Made by a program: the position numbers and the translations under genes
Shown: positions 34,688-47,001 of the stretch, piece by piece
Layout of the letters: each line of letters begins with the position of its first letter
Numbering within the stretch: the first letter of the stretch is position 1
From: Picochlorum sp. SENEW3
Lineage: Eukaryota
Direction of reading: 5' to 3'
DNA: 64,000 nt
Assembly (NCBI GenBank): GCA_034226945.1
Contig: CP120464.1
Location: 186,001-250,000, forward strand
The notes under the pieces: generated by a model
What the model was told of the DNA's origin: nothing
The model's database searches: none
The model's input: the letters and a program-made list of their open reading frames with translations, nothing else

Positions 34688-36736
34688 TCCCTTTTCTATT
34701 CTCCGAATATGGTAACTGCATTATGTTTAACTGTAGCATTACCATTGAAAATGAAAATACTCTATACCCTTATTATGGAACAACAAGAAGAAGAAACCAA
34801 GAAGAAGTCCTTATTAAGATTACTTAACAAGCAGTGGAGGGCCGAAAGTGGCGATTTGTGAGTTGATTAGTGCGTAAATAGATATTTGGGTAAGGCCGCT
34901 CTTAATTGATTCCGTGGTTCCCGTCCCCGAGCGAATGGATTTCGCGATGGTATGCCCAAAAAAATAGAATGCCGTCTATCTCATCACTCGTAAAGATTTT
35001 GCACTTTTCGAGGTCACCATGCGATAGAGCTCGTCAAAAGGAGTTGATTGACGGGCTTTTGGGGCCAAACTCGATCATGGACCATCGTTGATGGCCGTGG
35101 ACTGGATCCAGTCATGACTCCCCAGTCGGCCAAATTCAAATTGTGCAATTGACCTCATGGACTCTATAAGGCTCCAAAAGAGAAGAAAGAGATATGAGGA
35201 GCCACTGCATCTATACATGCTCGAATAGATCGGGGTTGGCAGAGGTCTGACGGTGATGTTGACCAGACCAGCCTTGGGGGCATGCCCCACAGGTAGCCAT
35301 ACGGTGATTTTTGACTTCAAACTCCACAAACGCTGTCTAAATTACATCTATATTGTAGAACCATTACAGAACTAGAGATTTGAAGGCATTTGGACGCCCT
35401 ATTGATGATTCTATTTTTTCGAGCTTTTCTCATTTTTCGAGCGCCTACCGACTGGATTCTGAGAATCACCTAGACGGGAACCACGGAATCAATTAAGAGC
35501 GGCCTAAACTGATTTGTAGATTGGGAGAGCTTACTTGGATTATGAGAGATCTGCAAGTGTGGATACTCATCATGGGGCATAGAGATGAAGTACAGATATT
35601 TACTAAATAATCTAATGTGACTCTAGATATCAAGTGCAGAGAAAAACCAATGGAAGAAGTGGGTAGTAGTATCATGCATGGCTCTTTTCCTTGCAAGTTT
35701 ATTGAAGGCCTGAGCCAAGAGAGCGCTTTCTGACCAAGCAGGGCGTAGGTCGGTTGCTCTATTGCGTGTGGAGACAATATCAACCAGATACTTTTCCTTG
35801 TCGTTGTCATACTTTGCTGTGCTGAGGATACAGAGAACGAAGACGTTGAACATGCTTGTGCAAGGGTTGAGGTTGGTCTGAGAGATCGTGTTTCTCCTGT
35901 GACATGACCTTCAAAAGAAATGTTCATGCTAAGTTCACATCTATATTCAAACTTTGAAACTTTCTTTTCCTACATAGACCAGTCTTTCTGGATACATTGC
36001 AAATGAAACGCTGAAACGGTTGACTTTTCATGTCACCAGGTGGTGTCCAGTCAACCCTTGAGGTCAAGGTCGACTATCGCGAACATTCGTCGCAATATCT
36101 TACTCATTTTTGAACCTTTCTACGAGTCTTTTCTACCCAAATAATCTATGTATTTTAAGAATTCTATTATTTGTGTCAGCGGGCATTATCGTTCTAGAAA
36201 GTTTACATCGAAATTCGGCCGATTCACCGAATTTTTACCTTCCGCCCGTTTCGCTTCATTATATGTCCCAGATCTCCGAATAATATCGTTTATTAAATCT
36301 TTTAAAGGTCTCTGTTGGCCGTATCGACAAAGTTATTGCTCCTCCATTGTCATCATCGCCCTCGTGCAGCGAAACGGAACACTTTCAGGAATATTCCACG
36401 CTACTAAAAGTTTTAATTTTTCATTTTCTTTCCGATTTTGAAGTCGAGCAGGGCTGAGGTTACACTACTCCCCCGCGGATTTCGTGTTTTTCGCGACGTT
36501 TTCGCGAGATTCTGACCATTTTTACGATCCAGCGACTCGAATGACACCTTAATACAATATTACATTGATTTAGGGGGGCGAGGGAATTTAATACGCGCCA
36601 GGGGAGCCGAGGGAGCGACATCGTGAAAAAGTTTGGAAGCCTATTACCGGCCCTCGAAAAAACCTCAGGGTGCATCCAGATTGGTTCAAACCAAACCCTT
36701 TTGGTTATATTGTGATTACATATCTGTATAGGAAGA

Positions 36737-37740
36737 ATGTCAGGATTGTTCGAGACGTATGAAACGTCGTATTGCGACGTTTCAACGAATGTTTCCTCGT
36801 CCCTTGGCAATCTCGGACAGGTTCCTCTCGGTATGCGCATCTGCATTCGCCATACACTCTATTGTAATAGATTATATGCATATTTGTGTGTTTGTGTAGA
36901 GCAACGGGGTGTAAAGGCGAGGCAGTTGGAACGTCAGTTGAAAGAGGCTGAACAGACCCTTCAGCGGTTGGATATGGAAGCTCGCAGTGCTCCTGCGCCA
37001 GAGTCGAGTGAGCTCGTGAAGAAGGTGAAGGGATATAGAAAGGATTGGCAAAAGCTGATGGGTGATGTGAGGCGGGTGATTCAGCAGGCTGCGAGTGCAG
37101 AGGATAGGGCAGAGTTGGGTTTGGCTGATGAGTATTATCAGACAAGTGCTGGTCAGCGGGAGCGATTGTTGACGTCGACTGAGCAATTGAATAAGACCAG
37201 TGAGAAGATTCATGAGGGGAGGAGGCAGCTATTAGAGACGGAGGTGCGTGTGAATGATGAGGATATGCTGTACATGTTGTGTTGGTGTCCCAACACGGCT
37301 ACTATGGTATTATTATTGGCATTGTTGCCGTGTGTATAGGAGGTTGGGGCAGGGATTGTGGCTGATTTGCAGCGTCAGAGGCAATCTTTGGAGGAATCGA
37401 GGCGGCGGGTTGATGATGTAAATGCGCAGATTGATTCCTCTGAAGCACTGTTGAAGAAAATGTCGAGATGGTGGCGGCGATATTTGTAATGGAGTGCTCA
37501 AGTTCTTTGTTTTTTGTGTAGGAATTGGGTGTTTCTGTGTTATCTGATCTGCAAAGGCAGAGAGAGTCGATCATGCATTCGAGGGAGACGCTGTCACATG
37601 TGGATGCCAATGTGGGCAAAGCCAGACAGGTTTTGGCAGTCATGTCTCGACGCATCACGCAGAACAAGTTCATCATGTATGGGATTATTGCCTTGTTGGT
37701 GGGAGCGATTGGCCTATTGATATGGGCGAAATTAACATAG
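36737..37740 (+). CDS. VTI1: VTI1 Qb-SNARE, TM-anchored isoform (exons 36737-36830, 36900-37243, 37522-37740)
   Basis: MSGLFETYE, LQRLDMEARS, QRERLL, ETEELGVSVLSDLQRQRE, and C-terminal TM segment FIMYGIIALLVGAIGLLIW. Confidence 0.95.
37340..37489 (+). CDS. VTI1: Alternative terminal exon of VTI1 (TM-less isoform)
   Basis: TAG acceptor at 37339, in phase with the 37244 donor. Encodes 49 aa (EVGAGIVADLQRQRQSLEESRRRVDDVNAQIDSSEALLKKMSRWWRRYL*) homologous to the downstream exon. TGTAA overlaps the stop. Confidence 0.75.
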   Translation, partial: EVGAGIVADLQRQRQSLEESRRRVDDVNAQIDSSEALLKKMSRWWRRYL

Positions 37741-37781
37741 AATATACTACTAGTAGTATTGTAACGAATGTACATTGACAC

Positions 37782-40700
37782 TTACATGGCAGGAATTTCT
37801 GGAGCAGGATTTTGGTTCATGGCTGGCATCACATTGCCATGCTCTTTGGGCGCATTGAGAGCAGCAATGTGCGTGGAGAGCGATGCACACACACCTGCTA
37901 TACCACGAAGATCTGAATGTGTGCGAATAGCGGATCGGATGCGATCCTCGTCCACAGCCCCAAATATTGTCTCAATATTGAGGCATGCCATGTCCTTGAT
38001 GGCCAAGATGACTGAGAATTGGACTCTCGCTTCCAATGCCAGAAAGCTTACCTTGACAGCCATTTCCGACGATCCATCCATTGGAATCGGGGTTATTTCA
38101 CAGATATTGTGGCAGCTGGAGCGGATTCCATGCAACTCTTTGGCTGCCGTGGCGGCGAGTTGGAGTTGTGGGACCAGTGTTTGCATCAAACACACAAGGG
38201 CAGGTGGCTCACACGAGAAAGAGCAGACGTCCTCTTTCGAAACAAATTTCATGGCAAGCTGGTGGCATCGCTGTCGATTGTTGGCCATTGGCTTCACTGT
38301 GACTGTCACAGGGCATGAGCCAGCAGAGACCAGATCCACAAGGAACACATCTGCCACATTCAGAGTGCACGTGAGATCTTTCGCACCAATAAAGCACGAG
38401 TATATCTGCAAGCCACTACATTTTTCATACAATGTAACGTCCCTGAACTTTTGATGAATATCCTTGGCGGTGGCGTCATCATGGACTGATGCCAGTGATG
38501 CCTGTTTCAGCACCCTTTGCATGTGATTAATTTGGGCATCAACTTCCACCTTTTCTGCCTTGATCTGATTTATTTCAGCATCCAAATTATTTGCAGACGA
38601 TTCGATAACCATCAGCTGCTGCTCTCTCTCCTGATTTGCCCGTATCCTGTCCTCTGCAGCCTTACGGGCTGCCAGCAACCTCTGTTTCAGCTCCATCTGT
38701 GCAGCAATCTCTCGCCTCCTTCTGGCCATATATTCTCTTTTCTCGGCGGCAAAGGCAGAAGCCGCATTTGAGATACCTTTTGCATGCCTTTGAACTTCCT
38801 GTAGCCACGCAAGATCAGATTTCAGGCCATCATGTGCTCTACAAAGACGTCCGTGCTTGCTCTCCTCCATCTGACACCTGACATCCTTCAGCAATGCAGT
38901 TGCCTTTGCTCTGCATGCTTTCTTCAGCGAAGCGACATTGCCTCGTAAAGCTTCAAGCTGCTCGTACGATGCTGTTTGCACGTGCCTGAATATGGCTGGA
39001 TTCGTCTGGCCGAGCATAACCTCCAAGTCAGAGGCACTTGATCGCAATCGTGTGATTTCACTCTGCAACGTGTTAATAGCAGTTTCCAACTCTGCAACAT
39101 TAGGAGCAGTGATACACAAGAGCGAGTACGATTCTTTCAGATTTGATGGAATCGGATTTGGCTGCAAATCTGCATAGTTGATGGATGCACCCCTTCTCAG
39201 GTTGTCCAAAAACTGGACTTCCACAATCTTGGCAAAATCCTGAAAGGTGATGGGTGCCAAGCGAGATGGAGTAAACCCTTGGCTGAGTCGACCTGTCGCT
39301 ACAGCCGATCCTGGATAGCGCGCGGCAATAGCAGATCCAGGAGGTGCCTGAGAAGTACTGTTTGGTGGATTGTTGACTGGAATCAATGCATTTGCCCTCA
39401 CAGGTGTCCTCATGCCAGACTTGGAGACACTTCCTGGTGTACCCTTGCCTGGAATGCTATCCCTATTGGAATAGAATGACGTCCTTTGCCTCCCAAATGT
39501 AGCCGATGGAGGTGGTGATTTATACATGATGTGTGCTCCACTCCCAGCAGGCGAATGGAATGATGACTCTGGCATTTCCATATCTTCTGGCACCAATGGA
39601 AGACTCTTTCTCCTTGGAGAGGGCTTTGTGACACTCGACAATCTGTTCTTTAACCCCGCCAATACGTCGAAAGACTTGGCCTTCATACTGCCGGGTGATT
39701 CCGCCAAGAGATCCTCTTCATCATCCACCACTGCAGTATTGTTCATTCCCCCCACATTCTTGAGATGCACATTCCCAGCCATGGACATGCGTCGGGAAGA
39801 CACGCTCATCCTTCTCCCATCAACGCTGACGCGCCTTGTACTGACTGTTCCTATACTACTATCAGTGTAGTTTGGGCTTTGGAGCAGAGCTGGATGCTCT
39901 CCTGCTCCCATTTCAGGGCCTCTGACTTCCCCATCAAGAGATATAGACTTTTCCACAGATGCCAATGACGTCGCCGTCACATTATCAGCATACATTTTAC
40001 TGTACGTTTTATCGCCCATAAACATCCGGCCATGTCCTTTCAGATCGACATCCAACGTATCATCATCACCTGGCATGAATCCCCACTTGTTTTCTTGCTC
40101 TGCTCCTTCCACGCTCTTCCTTGCATCTGGAGACGTCTGAACTGGAGGACTTGGCATCACATCTTCTTTATTTTCTTTGAGACAATCATCCATCATGGCA
40201 TCCTCCTCCAACAACGTCGCCAGCCCAGGGACTGCTGCAGTAACATTGTCATGGGCATGGGCATGATACTGCTCCTCCTCCTCAGCAAGGTCACCGAGAG
40301 ATGGTAACCCAGCTGTTATATCACCTACTTTATTCGTATAATCAGCCCCCATCGGAGGAGGCGAGATAATCATTGGATCTTCACCAACAGGCTCTGCCTC
40401 CCTCTTCAGTTCCAACACACCACCTGTTGCCACCCCAGGAGGCGTCATCCCGTCATCCTTCTCAAACGTCCGTATCATCGTCAGCTCTGTATCTGGTGCA
40501 AAACTGACCCGCCTATTCTTTATGCTCATCCTTCGCTTCGACATGGTTGTCACTGCCGTGGCAGTTGTGGTTGCCAACACCCTCTTCTTTGCGCCAGTCA
40601 CACCGCCTGCACCATCCACAAGCCCCGCGTTCTGCACCACAAAAAACCATAAATAGTAAAGTATGCCAGATGATGCTCTATTTGATCAATGTCACACAAA

Positions 40701-40806
40701 AACCCACCAGCTCGTGCAAGACACTGCCCTCACCAGAACCACCCGGCCCTTCTCCAACAGCCCCAGCCTGGTTCCCATCTTCTTTTGTGACGCCGTCTGT
40801 AGCCAT
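37782..40806 (-). CDS. KNL1: KNL1/Spc7 outer-kinetochore scaffold
   Basis: N-terminal RRVSFA PP1-docking motif, a disordered region, Spc7-like ITFQDFAKIVEVQFLD and a coiled coil. Exon 1 is 40806-40708; intron 40707-40632. Confidence 0.8.
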
Positions 40807-41344
40807 GTGATCAATCACTGTACAAAAGACGTGCACACACGAGCCTGTCGATCCTTCTTCTCAATATCTCGCACTTTCAGCGAATTCGGCACTGGGCGAT
40901 CTGCACAGAGATACTTGGGATGAATATATGTATTTGAAATATATCAGACAAAATTCAAGCCGGTATGTGGATGTGTTTAGCAGAGAAACAGCAATCCCTC
41001 GCGATGTGCCAAGACCAACGACCGACCAACAACTTTTCCCACATCCACACCGAGACCAGCCCATTCTGAACTATAACAAATATAAAACATACCTTTTGGC
41101 AGTATGTATACTATTTTGGATCATATTTTAGAGAAATACCCAACGACTGGGCGGGAATCTTGGGAACCATTGTCGTCGTGGCGGGTTGTTGTTAATGTCC
41201 TATTTACGGAATATTCCCGAATATTTGGACCAGGTCTTTGTCTTCCTTGGTCAAGAATCATGTACACTCTCTTCTATGCATGGTCATAAAAATGCCTTTG
41301 AGCACTGCATTTGTGTAATTTATAAAAGTAAACTTGGAACAGTG

Positions 41345-42676
41345 ATGAGTGGGGACAGAATGCGAGAGCCCTTGTTGGGTGGGCATGACGCTGCTGAGGA
41401 CGGTCCTCCTGATACGTCACGTGCTCATGAGGGCTCATTGTATGCGGCTGAAGCTACACAGACCTATAACACTATGGATACTGGAAATGAGTCTAGGAAT
41501 ATGAGGAATAGAGTGGCACAGCAGCAGGGAACTGGTGGTGGGATGCTGCACAGAGTGGGGAGGAATACTCATGCTTTGATGGCACCTACGAATACTGGAG
41601 GGGGTGGCAGGCTGCACAAGCCTGTTATAAAGCCACGGAAGCCCATTGCTCCTGGTCAGCCTCCTCCTCAGCATCGAATGAAGGATCGATTTGTGTCTCT
41701 GCCAGAGGAAGTGCAAAAGCCTCAGAATGAGTTCTTTCGGAGGAGCGATGAGTTTCTTCCAATGAGTGATATTCCTTCTATTTTCCATGATGTAGAACAA
41801 GGAGGGGATGTTCGAGGGAGGATAACGTCGTATTGTATAGCAGAGACGTTGGATAGAAAGCATCTGACTGAAACGTTGAGGAGGAACAAGATTGGGGTGC
41901 AGAGTTTCCCTGAAGTCTTGCATGCTCGCCACGAGACGTTTTCTCCGTCGGGAAGGTTGTCATTAGCTGATGTATTTTATTTTGATTATGGCGTTGTTGT
42001 GACATGGAATATGTCTCTGCAAGAGGAAAGGCTGCTTTTGGAGAATATTGTCAAGCCAGCTGCAGTGGACCCTTTGGATGACCTGCAGGTGGAGGTTGAC
42101 GAGTTTTTGTTTCATTATACCATGTCTGAGAAGCCTCATATCCAGAATGATACGTTCACGATTAATTATAGATATGCTGGTGATCATTTGGTAAAGCTTT
42201 CTGTGAGCCATGCACTGGCACAGTCTATCAAGCTGTCCTTGTATGAATATCGAGTAGTTGGTATTGTTGAAGAGACAAAGGACCTGCCTGAGATTTTAGC
42301 ATCTACTGGAAAGGTGGAAATGAGTAGAAAGCAGGTTGCTCAGCTGATGGGGAGAGTCTTTTTGCAGAAATCTGCTGTAAATTTGCTTTCTTCGGTTCTG
42401 GATACCCCTGAGATGTTTTGGAATTCCCCAGATAGTTTACAGAACTTATACGAGGGTTGCACAGAGTATTTAGAGTATGAGAATAGGGTTGAGGTCTTGA
42501 ATTCCAGATTCCAAGTGTTGCAGGAAATGTTAGATATGATCCGTGATCAGCAGAATAATTTGCATACAACCAGGCTGGAATGGATTGTGATTTGGTTGAT
42601 TTTGGTCGAGATTATTGTGGGTGTAGTTGAATGCCTTGGTATGTTTGGGTTGGTGCATGGTAATAAAGAGCCATAG
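41345..42676 (+). CDS. RMD1/DUF155 family protein
   Basis: FYFDYGVVVTWN, SHALAQSIKL, LDTPEMFW, RVEVLNSR and RLEWIVIWLILVEI. Confidence 0.92.
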   Translation: MSGDRMREPLLGGHDAAEDGPPDTSRAHEGSLYAAEATQTYNTMDTGNESRNMRNRVAQQQGTGGGMLHRVGRNTHALMAPTNTGGGGRLHKPVIKPRKPIAPGQPPPQHRMKDRFVSLPEEVQKPQNEFFRRSDEFLPMSDIPSIFHDVEQGGDVRGRITSYCIAETLDRKHLTETLRRNKIGVQSFPEVLHARHETFSPSGRLSLADVFYFDYGVVVTWNMSLQEERLLLENIVKPAAVDPLDDLQVEVDEFLFHYTMSEKPHIQNDTFTINYRYAGDHLVKLSVSHALAQSIKLSLYEYRVVGIVEETKDLPEILASTGKVEMSRKQVAQLMGRVFLQKSAVNLLSSVLDTPEMFWNSPDSLQNLYEGCTEYLEYENRVEVLNSRFQVLQEMLDMIRDQQNNLHTTRLEWIVIWLILVEIIVGVVECLGMFGLVHGNKEP

Positions 42677-42780
42677 ATTACATGAAAATGGTATTGTATC
42701 GAAACAAAAGAAACTACAGATGAATTTTTAGCTGCAAAACAAATGTAAAGAGTAGCACTAGTAATGTACACGAGATAGAT

Positions 42781-45375
42781 TTACCCGATTGAGAACTCTA
42801 ATTTAGGCTTCATCTTCTGAATTTCTGCGTCGTATTGGTCAGGTGTCAAAACCAAGACGGGACTGGGGCCTTTTGGCTTGACCAAGATGGTGTCAATGGT
42901 ATCTTGGACATTTGATGACCAATAGGACGTTGGTTTCGCGTTCTCTCCTCCAAATGGGGAGCTTTTAGGGGGAAACATCATATCACGACCCCATAAACCG
43001 CTTGTTCTCCTGGGTTTCTGCCAGTCATCCTGCCAGTCATCTGGAGCACTCCGAGCACTCAGTGGCTGCTTTGGCGCATCATGTCGGTATGAGTTGGTGC
43101 CCCTAGGATGATTCTTCTTGTCCATACTGAAATGAGAAATCTCTTCAAGGTTTAACGAAGGAATAGCGGCTTTCAAATCTGGATCCGATCTATTGTGTGA
43201 TTGCACGGTATTGATATTGGGAAGATTGGTAGATATCCTCCGAGGTGTGAGCCAAGAAAAGGATGGAGGAGACGATGGGACGGAAGCAGTGATACGAACA
43301 GTTTTAATTCCTTTTGTAATGTCATCCAAAGACTCCAGATGGACGGAATGTTGGGCTGTTTCCCTATTATTCATTCCAAATTTTGTCAAGAGGGTTTTCT
43401 TCCACCTATCACTACATGGCAGAGGTTGGGCCGAAGGTCTTTCCAAAGATACAGGCATCTCGTCCGGTGGTGTCGCATTAGCATCGCTTGTTTTTGATAC
43501 TAGCCTCGTCAGCGAAACATTATCGTCCTCCTGATCTTCGCCCTCGTTCACGGCGGATTTCCGCCTCTCTGGTGTGCACGACTCCTCTTCCTCCTCCATC
43601 CCATCGCTAGAGTCTCTCTGGAGCTCATCGCTTTCTCTTGTATCTCGCGAGCGAAATTCCTCCTCCTCATTAAATGTTCTTCCTATGAATACCCCTGATT
43701 GACCGAGGAAATAGTCGATGGCATGCTGCTTCTCCTCATCTGTCATGGCATTACTGTAGAATCTCCTCAATGTTGTGATGAAATCCTTTGATTGGCGTGT
43801 TGCAGCCCAGCCCCCCTTCCATTTTGCAAAGAATCCACTATGGGCTTCAGATCCTCCATATTGATTTCCCAATGCATCGCCCATGGTCTCGTACAGCCTC
43901 ATCAACACACCAGCCATGGAGGATCTGGGATCCAGTGCATGAGCAGGAGCTACTCCCAACGCATGAAGCTGCTCTCCCAAAGCCAAAAGACCGAATGAAA
44001 ATTGAGCTACATTTGTTCGATCCACACAATCGACGCAATTTGTCCGAAGCACGCCAGTCTGAACTCGCATGGAGTACTTTGACACGGCAAATATCCCCGT
44101 CTTTTGCAACAATGGCGACTGGAAACTCTGCAAACTCTTCAGCATACTTGAACCATTCTTTCTGAAGGCAGAACGCATATCCCAATGATAGAGCTCAACC
44201 TTGTCCTTCTGGCCGCTCGCATTCAACGAGAAGATTGCCTTTTGATACGAATCACTCAAGAGGTGCTCTTTGCCCTTTCCGCGCTTTGACTGGCACAAGT
44301 TAAGGCAGATGACAGGATTTCCATATTTTTCTCTCAGTTGATCAAAATGAGATTTTGTGGCTTCAGAAAATGGATCCAAAAAGTTCAGCAAGCGAATGAC
44401 TGGTTTGACAGCCAAGGATGGGTCCTTGGAGCTCCAGGATTGCTTCCAAAACAGAGGCACGCTTCCTCGTCGCTGCACGATACTGGATATGGAGCTATTT
44501 CTTTCAACACCAAACAACTCCACAATCTGCTCCACTTCAACATCATTCGCCACATGACCTTCCTCATTAACTCCCCGCTTCAAATACCTCGTCCCTGCAA
44601 ACTTGCAGGACCGCCTTCCAATGAGCGTCAAATTCAACTTTTGGCCCATCATAACGACAGTCTCTTGTTCCCAAAATCCTTGAATCAGAGGTACAGCCCA
44701 AATATTAGTACCTATTGCATCACGAAGAGACCGTGTCAGATGGGAATTCCAAACCCTATCAGACTCAAACGCCTTGTCAAATCCACACTGCTCATGCCCC
44801 ATGATCCTCTCTTGAACCGTAGACCATGTCTCCCACGTAAAAGAAAAGTAGAAATCACTCGTAAGATTCACCAACGACAGCAGACGACGCCCTTCAGCAT
44901 CCTTACTGAGCGATGTAGACAGGTTCCCCTTTCCATCATCCAAGGGCAAGAGGGTTGTCCCATCAATACCATACACATCGCACCCTTGTATGCTTCCACA
45001 TGACCTAATCTTAGTTGCCAAGAGCAAATAATACAATTCTGATGACAATTGAAACACACCCAACAGGGCAGGGCATGGACCGGCAATGCATGCCAACCTG
45101 CCCCTATTCAATGCATGCAGTATTCTGAGCGTCGCATCCAATTCCGTCCTCGTATACATTTTCTCATCCTCTACTACATTCATTCCATTCTCGTATCCCT
45201 TCTCAATCTTCAATACTTTCCATCGAACCAGTGACTCCTCCCTGTCACCTTCTGGTGAGAGAGGCAGCCCCCCCAACTTTACAGACACAGAGCCAACAAT
45301 GTAATACCATTGCGGCGATTCATACACAGTAATATCGCGTGCGAAACCATTCTGAAGACTCCTCATAGAACCCAT
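42781..45375 (-). CDS. SAC-domain phosphoinositide phosphatase (FIG4-like)
   Basis: FAGTRYLKRGVNEEGHVANDVEVEQ, RGSVPLFWKQ and catalytic RTNCVDCVDRTN. Confidence 0.93.
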   Translation of the reverse strand: MGSMRSLQNGFARDITVYESPQWYYIVGSVSVKLGGLPLSPEGDREESLVRWKVLKIEKGYENGMNVVEDEKMYTRTELDATLRILHALNRGRLACIAGPCPALLGVFQLSSELYYLLLATKIRSCGSIQGCDVYGIDGTTLLPLDDGKGNLSTSLSKDAEGRRLLSLVNLTSDFYFSFTWETWSTVQERIMGHEQCGFDKAFESDRVWNSHLTRSLRDAIGTNIWAVPLIQGFWEQETVVMMGQKLNLTLIGRRSCKFAGTRYLKRGVNEEGHVANDVEVEQIVELFGVERNSSISSIVQRRGSVPLFWKQSWSSKDPSLAVKPVIRLLNFLDPFSEATKSHFDQLREKYGNPVICLNLCQSKRGKGKEHLLSDSYQKAIFSLNASGQKDKVELYHWDMRSAFRKNGSSMLKSLQSFQSPLLQKTGIFAVSKYSMRVQTGVLRTNCVDCVDRTNVAQFSFGLLALGEQLHALGVAPAHALDPRSSMAGVLMRLYETMGDALGNQYGGSEAHSGFFAKWKGGWAATRQSKDFITTLRRFYSNAMTDEEKQHAIDYFLGQSGVFIGRTFNEEEEFRSRDTRESDELQRDSSDGMEEEEESCTPERRKSAVNEGEDQEDDNVSLTRLVSKTSDANATPPDEMPVSLERPSAQPLPCSDRWKKTLLTKFGMNNRETAQHSVHLESLDDITKGIKTVRITASVPSSPPSFSWLTPRRISTNLPNINTVQSHNRSDPDLKAAIPSLNLEEISHFSMDKKNHPRGTNSYRHDAPKQPLSARSAPDDWQDDWQKPRRTSGLWGRDMMFPPKSSPFGGENAKPTSYWSSNVQDTIDTILVKPKGPSPVLVLTPDQYDAEIQKMKPKLEFSIG

Positions 45376-45885
45376 AATGGCCTGACAGCGATGATCAATA
45401 TTCCTACTACGAGACGGCTGGCCCGTTCCCCTAGCTGCACACAACAAGGGCAACTTCCAGGTGTCTGGGAGGCACGATTCGACCCCACCTAGTACTCAAT
45501 TTTTCGATTCGTATGCCTTTCGTAAACCTTAGATAGCACTTTTATACCAAAACAAGACCCAATGTGATCAAATACTTCACATTGTCTGAATCGTCACGTT
45601 CGAGACATGCAGACAAGAGCAATCTTGCAGTATCGACGTTATCTTTCTGACACAATATGGCACAAACGATGGGTCAAAAAGTTTTAATTTTTATTAAATA
45701 ATATACTCAGGAAAGGGTTTCGGAAATGTATCGGAAATCAGCCAGATGCATCATGTCCCCTATCTCATCCCCATGTCGGTAGATGGCTCCTTCCCAGGCA
45801 GGACCCACACATCAATGTGAAAAAGAAAAAGAGGATATACATCATGTGGCACGGAGAATCGATCAAATATGAATTACACATTCTC

Positions 45886-47001
45886 TCATGATGATTCATT
45901 TACAAACGAGTCAATGGCAGATACCAGTGCATCTGGCTGTTCCAAAGCTGGAACATGCCCACACTCGTCAATCCACACCATGTGGGCATTTGGCAGCACA
46001 TCCATAAACTTATCAGCATACGATGGATCCAAAATCTCATCATTACGCCCCCATACAACCAAAGAAGGCAGATTCATATCCTTCAATCGAGTACTCACGG
46101 CATACCCCCCACTCTGCATGAATGCCACGTTGGCATCCGTCCACCCAGGAAGATGGGTGTGCAGCCGCCCAATCCTCATGGCATCCTCGGTAGCATATCG
46201 CTCCTTATCAAAATACGCCATTTTATTTGCCATATTTCTCAAAGGAATAGACTTGAGAACCTGAACCCCCAACACGGACAAAAACCGTGGCATGGATGAC
46301 ATTGGACCAATGCCATCAATAAAGCCCTGGGCGTCCACCAGCACCAGAGAATTCACCCATTCCCCCTGGTATTCTGCCGCAAAGTCAATGGCCACTGATC
46401 CCCCAAGCGATGTCCCTAACAATGTAACTGGACGTCCCACCACGTCTTCAATAAACTTTTGTAGATGATCTCGCTTCTGCGCCGGGCCCAACTGGATGTC
46501 TGCATTCTCTGCAAACCCACAGTCAGAAAACCCCCATCCTGCCAAGTCCACCACATACACATCTCCGACACGATTCAGTTTTGGAATCAATCTTCTAAAT
46601 TCTAACATGGAGCTATCAAACCCATGCAGCAAGACAAACGCTGGCACATTTTCTGAGGACGTGGTATTGCTACATGGCTCAAATACATATGCCGTCTTCA
46701 CCAGCCCGAGACTAGGCACCATCAGCTGGGCCAACTGCATGTTCTTCAGAACATCGAGTGCCGCAGGCTCTTCTATCTCGTCTATATACTCCCGAGGAAT
46801 ACATGATGGATACCCATCCTCGTCCCTGTCAAAGCCAATCTCTGCCGTCGTTGCAGTTGTTGCTGTGCCAGAAGCAGAAGACTCGCTGTGCGAGGAGGGA
46901 ACCATCGACCGAGCGAATCTCCCCACGCTCCGATGAGATTTCTGAGCAACAGCATGCTGTTTCATTATTGTTGTTGCAGAAATACTAGATAGAGAGATCA
47001 T
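45886..47001 (-). CDS. Alpha/beta hydrolase, probably plastid-targeted
   Basis: LLHGFDSS, nucleophile elbow GTSLGG, VWGRNDEIL and ECGHVPALE. Confidence 0.92.
   Translation of the reverse strand: MISLSSISATTIMKQHAVAQKSHRSVGRFARSMVPSSHSESSASGTATTATTAEIGFDRDEDGYPSCIPREYIDEIEEPAALDVLKNMQLAQLMVPSLGLVKTAYVFEPCSNTTSSENVPAFVLLHGFDSSMLEFRRLIPKLNRVGDVYVVDLAGWGFSDCGFAENADIQLGPAQKRDHLQKFIEDVVGRPVTLLGTSLGGSVAIDFAAEYQGEWVNSLVLVDAQGFIDGIGPMSSMPRFLSVLGVQVLKSIPLRNMANKMAYFDKERYATEDAMRIGRLHTHLPGWTDANVAFMQSGGYAVSTRLKDMNLPSLVVWGRNDEILDPSYADKFMDVLPNAHMVWIDECGHVPALEQPDALVSAIDSFVNESS

Noticed and set aside
36463..36478. CACTAC start as the end of a CACTA element
   Set aside because: I found no matching inverted partner or TSD in the window by eye.
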